From Sedimentisphaera cyanobacteriorum (GTDB lineage: Bacteria; Planctomycetota; Phycisphaerae; Sedimentisphaerales; Sedimentisphaeraceae): 32,000 nt of DNA. The position numbers and the translations under genes are program-made. The first letter of the stretch is position 1; every line of letters starts with the position of its first letter. The notes under the pieces are model-generated. The model had not been told where the DNA came from. It worked only from the letters and a program-made list of their open reading frames with translations, and searched no databases. The DNA lies in the NCBI RefSeq assembly GCF_001997385.1, contig NZ_CP019633.1, positions 900,001 to 932,000 of the forward strand, written 5' to 3'. Of this stretch, positions 15,043 through 24,036 are shown in pieces.

Positions 15043-16964
15043 AAAACGTAATCTCAACCAACAGAAAAAAATTGATTATACTTCTAACGCTTCTTCTTTC
15101 AGCATCTGTTAGTTTTGCAGGACTTTCGGGCAGTTCACTTGAGACAAAACGAAAAATGAGGGAGATTAATGCCAGAAGACTCTGTATGACGGGGCTTGCA
15201 GGAGAGAATACTCCCATGAGCATAAAGGGCTTCAGTTCACTTTTTCTAAACAACGATGCCCTGAACGCCAATGAAGAGATGCTCAGATACCTCCAGGGCG
15301 AGCTCGGTTCGGCAGCTGAGGATGCAGATCAGCAGAGCGTGAAGGATATTGAAGAAGACCTTGACTGGTGGCTCAGGCTGTATTTTGAATTCCATCCGGA
15401 CAAAAATCAAAGCAAGCACGGTCAGCTCAGCAGCACACTGGCAGAAGAACTTGAATCTGTTTTCTTTACGTATGCCTCAGTTATGAGCAATTCTGAACAG
15501 GTGCAAGGCGAGCTGATATGGTCTGTGGAAGGAAATAAAAGCAAAACTATTAAACGCTGGATAAGAACCTATCTCTGCATAGAGGCAGTACGAAATGAAC
15601 AGAAATTCAAGGCTGCCGAATTCAGCGATGGAAGAACGATTGAATATCATTATGCTTTGTGGACTGAATTCTTAGAGCTTTTCGTCCTCGAACACTGTAA
15701 ATTCGGGCTGTTTCCGCAAATTTTTTCAAGCCCCGATCAGGCCTCTATGCTGATAAGCCTATTTAATCTTTATGATTTCTCGAAAAACAGTGATCTCAAG
15801 AGAAAAGTTGACATCCTTATCACCTTTATCCTCGCAGACTGGTCTCACCTGCACTACAATGGAGTTTATGCAGGAGCCAGAACAGGAATGAATTTTAATT
15901 CGCCGGATATCTATTCTAGAAAAGATAAATGGCGGTATTACGCCGCACCGTTCGTTGGAAGCAGCAGCGAATGGCTTGAAAAAGATAAAAACGATTATTC
16001 TAACGATTTCGGAATATATGTTTCCGCAACAACAAATTACCAGCTTCCTGATGTAGTTCTGGCATCAGCTCTCGGCAAAAAACCCCGAAAGAGCTTTGTT
16101 TCGATATCCGCCTACCCCGCATCAATTATAGAAAAGCAAGGCAGGCAATACCTTGACAAGGACGGGGAAAAGTTCCTCTCATACTCATACGTAACAAATT
16201 ATTACTGCCAGTCTTCAATAATTGCAGACCCAACTGCCGTTAGCGGATATGAAGATGATGAAAAAACAAACATCACCAAAGATGCATTTGAAAATACAAT
16301 GACCGGCCTGACTTTTCAAAGCAGCCCTGGAAGCATAATTTATCCCGTACTTCGAAACCAAGACAGAGAGATAAGAGATTACAACTCATTGATTACCGCA
16401 CAGAACAAAAATATAACAATTTATATTCCAAATCGAAATAAGTACCCCGAAGGTGCGGTTGAACTGATAATGACATCCGGTCTTTCTTCCAATATGCAGC
16501 GAAGCAGCGGGTGGAAAATCTTCAAAATAGCGGGCGTATGGACAGCCGTAAAAGGCTTCTCTCCAAAGAACGGTCAAACAACTGCTGAAGGCAGATGGGC
16601 AAACGGAAATAGACTCATTTTCGACAAAGAAAAGGGACCTGTTGCAATGGTAACCGGCCTGAGCTATAAATACAAAGATTTCGAAGCCTTCACGGCTTAT
16701 CTCGAAAAGCAATTTGCTTCAATTAGAGAAGGCAAGCTTACTTTCTACGGGGTGAACACTGACAACGACCCTGCAAAAATACAAGCAGACCTATCGGGAA
16801 GCGAGCTGCCTCAGGTTAATGGTAAAAAACCAAAACTCCAAAAAGAATATCTTTACGACTGCCCCCTTATAAGGTCTAAGCAAGGCAGCGGAATTCTATT
16901 TTTCAGCAATGAATCCAAAAGTATGGTAATTGATGTTGTCAAAGATATAATCTCAGAAAGCTGA
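15039..16964 (+). CDS. Secreted protein of unknown function
   Basis: 641-aa ORF. The N-terminus MKNVISTNRKKLIILLTLLLSASVSFAG is a Sec-type signal peptide. The first half looks helix-rich and the second half strand-rich by composition. No family recognised. Its ATG (15039-15041) overlaps the xth TGA (15040-15042). Confidence 0.6.
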   Translation: MKNVISTNRKKLIILLTLLLSASVSFAGLSGSSLETKRKMREINARRLCMTGLAGENTPMSIKGFSSLFLNNDALNANEEMLRYLQGELGSAAEDADQQSVKDIEEDLDWWLRLYFEFHPDKNQSKHGQLSSTLAEELESVFFTYASVMSNSEQVQGELIWSVEGNKSKTIKRWIRTYLCIEAVRNEQKFKAAEFSDGRTIEYHYALWTEFLELFVLEHCKFGLFPQIFSSPDQASMLISLFNLYDFSKNSDLKRKVDILITFILADWSHLHYNGVYAGARTGMNFNSPDIYSRKDKWRYYAAPFVGSSSEWLEKDKNDYSNDFGIYVSATTNYQLPDVVLASALGKKPRKSFVSISAYPASIIEKQGRQYLDKDGEKFLSYSYVTNYYCQSSIIADPTAVSGYEDDEKTNITKDAFENTMTGLTFQSSPGSIIYPVLRNQDREIRDYNSLITAQNKNITIYIPNRNKYPEGAVELIMTSGLSSNMQRSSGWKIFKIAGVWTAVKGFSPKNGQTTAEGRWANGNRLIFDKEKGPVAMVTGLSYKYKDFEAFTAYLEKQFASIREGKLTFYGVNTDNDPAKIQADLSGSELPQVNGKKPKLQKEYLYDCPLIRSKQGSGILFFSNESKSMVIDVVKDIISES

Positions 16965-16990
16965 GAGAGAATATCATTCGGCAAACATAA

Positions 16991-17020
16991 AACCTCCCGC
17001 TTTAAAACGAGAGGTTTTTT
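16991..17020. terminator. Rho-independent terminator between convergent genes (possibly bidirectional)
   Basis: AACCTC (16991-16996) pairs with GAGGTT (17011-17016) across a 14-nt loop. It is followed by a T-run to 17020 and preceded by an A-run. It sits between the stop codons at 16964 (+) and 17032 (-). Confidence 0.55.
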
Positions 17021-17031
17021 AAGATCTATTT

Positions 17032-17694
17032 TCAGCTTTTATTGATCAAGCCGTCTAAAAGGTAATATATCGAGTCGGCGTAAATCTTTTCGCCGTCAAG
17101 CTTAAAATCCTTAAATTCCGGCATTGCCATCGTCTTCTGAAGATTAGCCGAGGGCTTTATTAAAGACATCAATCCCGCAGACATCCCGTAATGATAATAA
17201 ATAAACATTTGGCACTCTTTTACAGAGAGTTGCGGAAAGTGTTTCTGGATAATTTCTGCACCCTTTTCGATAAGCGGAAAAAGACGGCTTTTGTAATTGA
17301 AAAGCCCTTTTTCTGAAGAATATCTTTCCAGTGAAGCGCCGAGTCTGGTAACCAGCCTTAAGAATCTATCGCAATCCAGCGTATTTTTCGCCCATGCAGA
17401 CGCAAAAGACTTAACATTGCCTTTTTTAACACTTGAGAGTTTTTTATTCTGATAGTCGAGCATTAGATCAAAATACTTAATTACCAGACGGAGGAAAATA
17501 TCTTCCTTTGTTAGAAAATACCTATAGATATTAGGTTTGCTTATCTCAGCTCCTCGTGCGATATCATTAAGACTGATCTCTTCGAAATCTTTTTCCTGAA
17601 AGATCTTATCAGCAGACTGCAAGATTTCATCAGTACGAAATTCCTTTTGCTCAGGAGTTCTTGCACGAACCCAGTTCTCCCTTGGAGTGCTCAT
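17032..17694 (-). CDS. TetR/AcrR-family transcriptional regulator
   Basis: The N-terminal HTH FQEKDFEEISLNDIARGAEISKPNIYRYFLTKEDIF is typical of TetR_N. The rest is a ~150-aa helical ligand-domain-sized region. Confidence 0.85.
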   Translation of the reverse strand: MSTPRENWVRARTPEQKEFRTDEILQSADKIFQEKDFEEISLNDIARGAEISKPNIYRYFLTKEDIFLRLVIKYFDLMLDYQNKKLSSVKKGNVKSFASAWAKNTLDCDRFLRLVTRLGASLERYSSEKGLFNYKSRLFPLIEKGAEIIQKHFPQLSVKECQMFIYYHYGMSAGLMSLIKPSANLQKTMAMPEFKDFKLDGEKIYADSIYYLLDGLINKS

Positions 17695-17811
17695 TATTAC
17701 ACCTCTTACTTAGTTTCCCCAAAATCATTGATTTTTCAGGAACGACTACTTAATAATAACATCAACTAAATTACCCGTTTTTACACAAGTTACTAATCTG
17801 GATTTACATTG

Positions 17812-17829
17812 AGTTTACAGCGGTAAACT
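17812..17829. promoter_or_regulatory. Inverted repeat, candidate TetR operator
   Basis: AGTTTAC-AGCG-GTAAACT has perfect 7-bp arms. A TTTACA half-site-like copy lies just upstream at 17803-17808. It is in the tetR/dapF divergent intergenic region, 27 nt upstream of the candidate dapF -35. Confidence 0.35.
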
Positions 17830-17855
17830 TCTACTATTGTTTTGACATATAAAAA

Positions 17856-17883
17856 TTGAAATGCAAGAATATTAACATATAAT
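17856..17883 (+). promoter_or_regulatory. Candidate sigma70-type promoter for dapF
   Basis: TTGAAA (17856-17861), 16 nt, TATAAT (17878-17883). AGGAAA precedes the ATG at 17928. Confidence 0.3.
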
Positions 17884-17927
17884 GCCGTTAAAAATTTGAA
17901 TATTTAATAAAAAACAGGAAAAATTAA

Positions 17928-18803
17928 ATGAAATTTACAAAAATGCAGGGCCTCGGGAATGATTATGTTTATGTTAACTGCTTTGAAGAGACTGTTGACC
18001 GCCCGGCAGAAATGGCAAAATGGGTTAGCGACAGGAACTTCGGCATCGGTGCTGACGGGCTGATCCTAATATGCCCCTCACAAACAGCAGATGTGAAGAT
18101 GAGAATGTTCAATGCAGACGGCAGCGAATCAGAGATGTGCGGCAACGGCATCCGCTGCGTAGCCAAGTATTCTTTCGATCATCGCCTTGCAGAGCCGGGG
18201 ACAAGCTTTTCAGTTCCCGGTCAGCGTCCCTGTCCGCATTCACTGAATATTGAAACAGGCAGCGGCATCCTTAAGGTGGGAATTATTCCGGGCGAAGACG
18301 GTAACGCTGAAAGCGTATGTGTTAATATGGGAAGACCGGTTCTCTCGCCGGCAGAAATACCTGTTAACTTCGAGGGTGAGAGGATTGTAGATGAACCCTA
18401 CGACTATACCGGCACTCAGCTCAGAATGACCTGCGTTTCAATGGGAAACCCGCACGCTGTGTTCTTCTGCGATGATCTTGAAGGGCTTGAACTGGAAAAG
18501 ATCGGTCCTTTCATCGAAACAGACCCCATATTTCCGAAAAGAACCAACGTGCATTTTGTCAAGGTGAACACGCCGGAAGAGATAACGATGAGGACTTGGG
18601 AAAGAGGCTCAGGAATCACCCTCGCCTGCGGGACTGGTGCCTGCGCTTGTCTGGCGGCGTGCGTTCTAAACGGAAAAAGCCAGAGAGCAGTGCTCTGCCA
18701 TCTGCCCGGAGGAGATTTAGAGCTTCACTGGTGCGAAGAGGACGACAGCATCTATATGACCGGCGCTGCTACAGAGGTTTACAACGGCTATCTGCTAGAC
18801 TGA
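17928..18803 (+). CDS. dapF: Diaminopimelate epimerase
   Basis: KMQGLGNDYVYV, the first catalytic Cys context MCGNGIRC, MGNPHAVFF, and the second catalytic Cys context ERGSGITLACGTGACA. Confidence 0.92.
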   Translation: MKFTKMQGLGNDYVYVNCFEETVDRPAEMAKWVSDRNFGIGADGLILICPSQTADVKMRMFNADGSESEMCGNGIRCVAKYSFDHRLAEPGTSFSVPGQRPCPHSLNIETGSGILKVGIIPGEDGNAESVCVNMGRPVLSPAEIPVNFEGERIVDEPYDYTGTQLRMTCVSMGNPHAVFFCDDLEGLELEKIGPFIETDPIFPKRTNVHFVKVNTPEEITMRTWERGSGITLACGTGACACLAACVLNGKSQRAVLCHLPGGDLELHWCEEDDSIYMTGAATEVYNGYLLD

Positions 18804-18822
18804 AATCGGGTACCGGCCTGCT

Positions 18823-19812
18823 TTAGTTTATGCTCAAAGACAGCTTTTCTACAGCCTCCTCAGTGTTTTGAGAGTTTACAAGCTCCTCAAGCTTAACTGG
18901 CATTTTTGGTGAGGCTGTAATTTTTAATTTCTTTCTGTCTCCGTTTATCATCTCAAGCAGAGCAATAGAAAACTGCCGGGCAATATCAGGGGTTTTCGCC
19001 CCGGGCTGAGAATTCACAATCTGTGCGGAAGCCTGCTGCCTGAGCATTTCAGGTGTCTGATTGGAATTATGAGCAGCCGCTGCGAAAATTTTGTCTATCA
19101 GAGTTTCATTTATCAGCTCAAAAGACATATGCTCCAAAGCTATATCCAGCAGCAGTTCGGGCTTACCCATCGGATTTTTAACCCCTTGGTGTTGAAACTC
19201 TTGAGCCTTGACCATAAATCTGGCTATATCAAAACCGGAAACTTCAACCTTTTCATTAAGCTGAAATATCCCTTCAAATTCTATGGAAGCATTCATAAAA
19301 TGTTTATTTTTCTGAAAATCGGAATTGGAAGTTATTTGGTAGTTTACTACAATTTCTTCTCCAAGCTCCAAAGATTGTACTACCGAATTAATCTGCTGAA
19401 AAAGCTGCTCTGCTACAATAGGGTTCTTTGAGAGCTTTTCAAGATTATCATTTACCGGAACTGAAATTTTTTCGAAACTCACATCCATAGATTCAGGGAT
19501 AGGTCTTGTCCGCCCGTTTGGCATTTGAACTTCAATGCCGGGTTTATAGTCGTTGATTATAACGCTTCCAATGCTTCCGCCTAAGAATGGAGTTGAAACT
19601 TGTATATCTTCAATTGATACGCTCTGCTTGAGAAGTGATGCATTAACTTTATCGTATTTAAGATCGCAGAAGTTTTCCCAGCCCGCAAAAACAGCGTCAA
19701 CCTTTGCCTGCGCCTTTCTCTGGACAGTTAGCTTAACCCCGAGTGCAGAAACGCCGAAAAAAACTGCCAAAACAATTAACGCTAACAGCGTTTTTTTATT
19801 TTTTAAGATCAT
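18823..19812 (-). CDS. Membrane-anchored or secreted hypothetical protein
   Basis: 329-aa ORF with an N-terminal hydrophobic helix (KKTLLALIVLAVFFGVSALGV). The remainder is soluble. No family recognised. Confidence 0.55.
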   Translation of the reverse strand: MILKNKKTLLALIVLAVFFGVSALGVKLTVQRKAQAKVDAVFAGWENFCDLKYDKVNASLLKQSVSIEDIQVSTPFLGGSIGSVIINDYKPGIEVQMPNGRTRPIPESMDVSFEKISVPVNDNLEKLSKNPIVAEQLFQQINSVVQSLELGEEIVVNYQITSNSDFQKNKHFMNASIEFEGIFQLNEKVEVSGFDIARFMVKAQEFQHQGVKNPMGKPELLLDIALEHMSFELINETLIDKIFAAAAHNSNQTPEMLRQQASAQIVNSQPGAKTPDIARQFSIALLEMINGDRKKLKITASPKMPVKLEELVNSQNTEEAVEKLSLSIN

Positions 19813-19957
19813 TTGTTTTTCCTTTACTAATGTTTTTTAAGACAATACCAACTTAAACTTTCACAGTCAAATAAAATACTCAGAAGAATGAAATTCCCTT
19901 AGAAAAACGAAATGTATTTTGCTTGAAAGATTAGGGCGATACAATAAACTCTCCAGC

Positions 19958-20716
19958 ATGGAGAAAATGAAAAAAGCCATAAACCAGCTTCTTGATATTG
20001 ACAATTTTTTCAGCGGGGGCTTCGCAGTAAAAGGCGAGGGTATATTTGAGGATTTTGCAGGGGCTAAGAATGAAGCCGAAACAGAAACAATTTCCCGCCC
20101 TGCTGAAACTAAAGGAACGGAAACTGAATTGAGTAAAACTGAGCAGTTAGAAAAAATAGCGGAAGAAGTTAAAGTCTGCACGAAATGCAGTCTGAGCGAG
20201 TCCCGAACGTTCGCTGTGCCCGGGGAGGGCAATCCCGATGCAAGGATAGTGTTCGTAGGCGAAGGCCCGGGCGGCGATGAAGACAAAAGCGGGAGTCCGT
20301 TTGTAGGCAGAGCCGGACAGCTTCTCACAAAAATAATAAATGCTATGAAGCTCTCTCGAGAAGATGTGTTTATATGCAACGTGATAAAATGCAGGCCTCC
20401 GAACAACAGAGACCCTCTTAAAAGCGAAAAAGACGCTTGCAGAGATTATCTCTACAGGCAGCTTGCTGTTATAGAGCCGGAGATTATAGTGGCTCTCGGC
20501 TCGCATGCAGCACAGGAACTTCTTCAAACAGATACAGCTATCGGAAAACTTCGCGGCAGATTTCACGACTTTACGATAAAAGGCGGAACAGAAACCATAA
20601 AGTTTATGCCTACTTACCATCCGGCATATCTCCTGCGAAACTACAGTACAGAAAACCGAAAAAAAGTTTGGGATGATATGCAACTGGTTATGCAGGAGAT
20701 CGGCATTAAATCCTGA
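19958..20716 (+). CDS. Family-4 uracil-DNA glycosylase (4Fe-4S type)
   Basis: VCTKCSLSESR (CxxC), GEGNPDARIVFVGEGPGGDEDKSGSPFVGRAGQLL, FICNVIKCRPPNNR and HPAYLLRN. The first ATG at 19958 was chosen over the TTG at 19919 in the ORF track. There is a ~65-aa acidic N-terminal extension. Confidence 0.88.
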   Translation: MEKMKKAINQLLDIDNFFSGGFAVKGEGIFEDFAGAKNEAETETISRPAETKGTETELSKTEQLEKIAEEVKVCTKCSLSESRTFAVPGEGNPDARIVFVGEGPGGDEDKSGSPFVGRAGQLLTKIINAMKLSREDVFICNVIKCRPPNNRDPLKSEKDACRDYLYRQLAVIEPEIIVALGSHAAQELLQTDTAIGKLRGRFHDFTIKGGTETIKFMPTYHPAYLLRNYSTENRKKVWDDMQLVMQEIGIKS

Positions 20717-20758
20717 ATTCAAACTGAAATTTTAACCCGCAATTAGGGATTTTCATCT

Positions 20759-22900
20759 GTGAATTATTTCAAGAGACTGTTAAAATATATTTGGCCGCAA
20801 TGGCCGCGGATAATTGTAATACTTGTCTGCGTGTTCGTTATTGCCCTAACATTTTCAGCAAGCTTTCTCACTGTTATACCGCTTTTGAAGGTTATGATGG
20901 GGCAGGAAGGCCTGCACGGCTGGGCACACAGAAATATCTGCAGCTACAGATACGGAATTGATTTTTACGTACCCGACAATACCGAGCTCTCCGACCCCGA
21001 AAACGCCTATTCAACCTTCCTCCTTCTTACAAAGGCAGAAGAAGATAAGCTGGGATATAAAAGCGGGCTCAGAGCTAACGACAGGATAGTTTATGTTTCC
21101 AAAGAGCAGATCGGAGAAAATCCTGGCAGTATGGCTGCATCTGAGATGCTCGATAAGCTTGCAAACCTCGGAGCAGATAAACGGCTTTATATCAAGTATT
21201 TAAGCTATGAAGACTCCGGCGAGGAATCGGAGCACACAACAGAAATAAAGGCCAACGCACCCGCCTTCTATCTCGGTGCCTCGCAAGGGCTTCTGAGTAT
21301 GGTTTCGCAGACAGATTCTCGAAACAGCAAGAGCGAGGCGATGCGTGTGGTAATGCTGGTCGTTGCCGGCATGACAGTTCTCAGATGCGTCAGCAGATTC
21401 TTCCAGGGGTATCTCTCGCAGAAAGTGGTGAACATCGGGCTCGCTGATCTAAGAGATGATGTCTTTTCACACATCGTAGAAATGCCTATAGGCTACTTCT
21501 CACTCAAGGGCTCCTCCGACACTGTAAGCAAATTCCTGCAAGATTCCCAGATGGCAGGCAACGGCATAAAGACGGTTTTCGAGAAGGCCATCAGAGAGCC
21601 TGCAAAGGGACTTATGTGTCTTGCTATGGCGTTTATGCTGAGCTGGCAGATTGTGCTTGTCTTTCTCTGCGGGATCCCGTTTCTCGGCTTTGCTATTAAC
21701 AAGCTGGGCAGGAGGATAAAGAAGGCAACGAAAAAATCTCTGGTGAGCTGGGGACAGATGCTTTCAAAGCTTGATGAATCTGTAAACGGGCTCAGGGCTG
21801 TGAAAGTTTACAATCAGCAGGACAGGGAGAAACAGTCTTTCCGCGGAGTAAATCAGAGACTGCTCAAGGAGCAGAATAAGATTGCCAAAGTAAATGCACT
21901 GACCAGCCCGCTGATGGAGGTTTTAGGCCTCTTCGCCGGCATTATAGGCTTTCTTATGGCTCTGGAGTGGGTGCTTGCGGGGAATATGGATGAAACAGAA
22001 TTCTTCGCCATGCTGATGCTCCTTGGCACATCGGCAGAGTCGTTCAGAAAGGCAAGCAACGTTTGGAATAAGCTCCAGCAGGCAAATGCAGCTTGCGAGA
22101 GAATATTCAGCCTTGTGGATACCGATAAAGAACGTGATACCAGCAGACCGGCAGTACCTGCGAAAATTGAAAATGAGATTACATTCAAAAATATTTCTTT
22201 CAGATATCCGGGCGCGAAAAATGATGCACTGAAAAATGTAAACCTTACGGTAAAAAAGGGCGAGAATATTGCGGTTGTGGGCTCTAACGGCTCAGGGAAG
22301 ACCACCCTGCTGAACCTCCTGCCTAGATTCTACGACCCCACTGAAGGCGAAATACTCTTAGACGGGGTCAATATTCAGGATATGTCTTTGAAAAACCTGC
22401 GAGAAAAGATTGCAGTTGTATCCCAGAAGGTGATAACATTCCACGATACAGTTGCTCAAAATATAGCCTACGGCCGCCCTTCTGCAAACAGAGAAGAGAT
22501 TATTCAGGCCGCCAAGCTCGCCTACGCGGATGAATTCATAAAATCTATGACTGAAGGCTACGATACGATAATCGGGGAGAACGGGGCAGGTTTGAGCGGC
22601 GGCCAGCTCCAGAGAATAGTGATTGCAAGAGCGGTACTGAAAGACCCTGAAATACTCATCTTTGATGAGGCTATGAGTCAGGTAGATGCAGACAGCGAAG
22701 CAAAGATAAATCAGGCCCTTGAGCAGCTTACAACAGAGCGAACAAGCTTTGTAATAGCCCACCGGTTCTCCACTGTGATTAATTCAGATGTGATTGCTGT
22801 GATAGATCAGGGCAGAATCGTTGATACAGGCAGACACTCCGAGCTTATAGAGAGATGCCAGACTTATAAGAATTTGTATGAAACCCAGCTTCTTCAGTAG
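20759..22900 (+). CDS. ABC exporter, fused permease/ATPase (MsbA/lipid-exporter-like) with a large TM1-TM2 periplasmic insertion
   Basis: GTG start. The six-helix ABC_membrane region is followed by an NBD with Walker A GSNGSGKTT, Q-loop VSQ, signature LSGGQLQR, Walker B ILIFDEA and H-loop AHR. At 713 aa it is ~130 aa longer than typical MsbA-type half-transporters. Confidence 0.85.
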   Translation: MNYFKRLLKYIWPQWPRIIVILVCVFVIALTFSASFLTVIPLLKVMMGQEGLHGWAHRNICSYRYGIDFYVPDNTELSDPENAYSTFLLLTKAEEDKLGYKSGLRANDRIVYVSKEQIGENPGSMAASEMLDKLANLGADKRLYIKYLSYEDSGEESEHTTEIKANAPAFYLGASQGLLSMVSQTDSRNSKSEAMRVVMLVVAGMTVLRCVSRFFQGYLSQKVVNIGLADLRDDVFSHIVEMPIGYFSLKGSSDTVSKFLQDSQMAGNGIKTVFEKAIREPAKGLMCLAMAFMLSWQIVLVFLCGIPFLGFAINKLGRRIKKATKKSLVSWGQMLSKLDESVNGLRAVKVYNQQDREKQSFRGVNQRLLKEQNKIAKVNALTSPLMEVLGLFAGIIGFLMALEWVLAGNMDETEFFAMLMLLGTSAESFRKASNVWNKLQQANAACERIFSLVDTDKERDTSRPAVPAKIENEITFKNISFRYPGAKNDALKNVNLTVKKGENIAVVGSNGSGKTTLLNLLPRFYDPTEGEILLDGVNIQDMSLKNLREKIAVVSQKVITFHDTVAQNIAYGRPSANREEIIQAAKLAYADEFIKSMTEGYDTIIGENGAGLSGGQLQRIVIARAVLKDPEILIFDEAMSQVDADSEAKINQALEQLTTERTSFVIAHRFSTVINSDVIAVIDQGRIVDTGRHSELIERCQTYKNLYETQLLQ

Positions 22901-22913
22901 GAGTTCAGCAAGT

Positions 22914-24011
22914 ATGAATAATATTTATATAGCAGCAACGCTCAAAGACTGCGGAAAAACAAGCGTTACCCTTGGGCTGATGCAGCAGATGCGTGAGATG
23001 GGGCATAACCCGGGCTACATTAAGCCTGTGGGACAGCAGTATATTGAGCATAACGGCCAGAAGCTTGATGAAGATGCGGTACTGATACTCGACGGTCTGG
23101 GTTTTCAAATCGACAACCCCAAAAATATGAGCCCTATAGCAATAGAGAGAGGCTTTACGAAAAAGTATATAAATCACCCGGACCCCACAAGGCTCGAAAA
23201 CAAGATACACAACGCCTTTCATAAACTCAACGGCAAACACAAACTCAATCTCGTAGAAGGTACAGGCCATGCGGGTGTGGGCAGCTGTTTCGGTCTTTCA
23301 AATGCGAGGGTGGCAGAGCTCACAGATTCAAAGGTTATAATCGTTGCACCGGGCGGGATAGGAAAAATGCTTGATGAGGTTTCCCTTTCGCTGTCTTTAT
23401 TCAGAGAGCATAATGTTGAAATTCTCGGTGTAATACAGAATAAGGTTCGTCAGGATAAGTATGATAAGGTGGTAGAAACTGTAACAAAAGCTCTCGATAA
23501 TATGGGAATTAAATTTCTCGGAGCAGTTCCATATTACAAGATGCTCACTCAGTACACGATAGAGCAGATTGCAAAGACCTTCAATTATGAAATTTTATGC
23601 GGAGGCTGCGCTGTAAGGAATAAGATTGACAGTGTGGTAGTAGCGGCTATGGAGCCTGAAAACGTACTAAGACACATAAGACCTCGGTCGCTGATTATCA
23701 CCCCGGGCGACAGGATGGATAATATTCTTCTTGCCATAAGCCTTTCAAAAACTAAAACATATCATGACAGCTTTTGTACCGGCGGGCTTATTCTTACCGG
23801 CGGCCTTATGCCGCACGATGAGATACTGAATTTGCTTGTCGCAAGCGAGATACCTGTGCTTTTTACACAGGAAGAAACTTACACCGTTTCTGCGAGAATG
23901 AAAGACCTGCTGTTTAAGATTAGACCTAACGATACCGATAAAATCAGAAAAACACACCAGATGGTGAAAGAACATGTTGACGTAAATTACATATTAAGTA
24001 AGTTCAATTAA
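22914..24011 (+). CDS. PtaN-like protein: BioD/CobQ-type P-loop domain plus DRTGG domain
   Basis: Start at the ATG at 22914 (MNNIYIAATLKDCGKTSV, a degenerate P-loop as in dethiobiotin-synthase-like folds). Also LVEGTGHAGVGS, and IITPGDRMDNILLA with GLILTGG typical of DRTGG domains. This resembles the N-terminal regulatory part of long phosphotransacetylases, but there is no PTA catalytic domain. Confidence 0.7.
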   Translation: MNNIYIAATLKDCGKTSVTLGLMQQMREMGHNPGYIKPVGQQYIEHNGQKLDEDAVLILDGLGFQIDNPKNMSPIAIERGFTKKYINHPDPTRLENKIHNAFHKLNGKHKLNLVEGTGHAGVGSCFGLSNARVAELTDSKVIIVAPGGIGKMLDEVSLSLSLFREHNVEILGVIQNKVRQDKYDKVVETVTKALDNMGIKFLGAVPYYKMLTQYTIEQIAKTFNYEILCGGCAVRNKIDSVVVAAMEPENVLRHIRPRSLIITPGDRMDNILLAISLSKTKTYHDSFCTGGLILTGGLMPHDEILNLLVASEIPVLFTQEETYTVSARMKDLLFKIRPNDTDKIRKTHQMVKEHVDVNYILSKFN

Positions 24012-24036
24012 TGTTGTTTAATTAATTAGGAGAAAT

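Noticed and set aside
19867-20722. Two long antisense ORFs (179 aa and 191 aa) opposite the UDG gene
   Set aside because: The plus-strand frame carries the complete family-4 UDG motif set. The antisense products are low-complexity, overlap each other, and are not recognisable.
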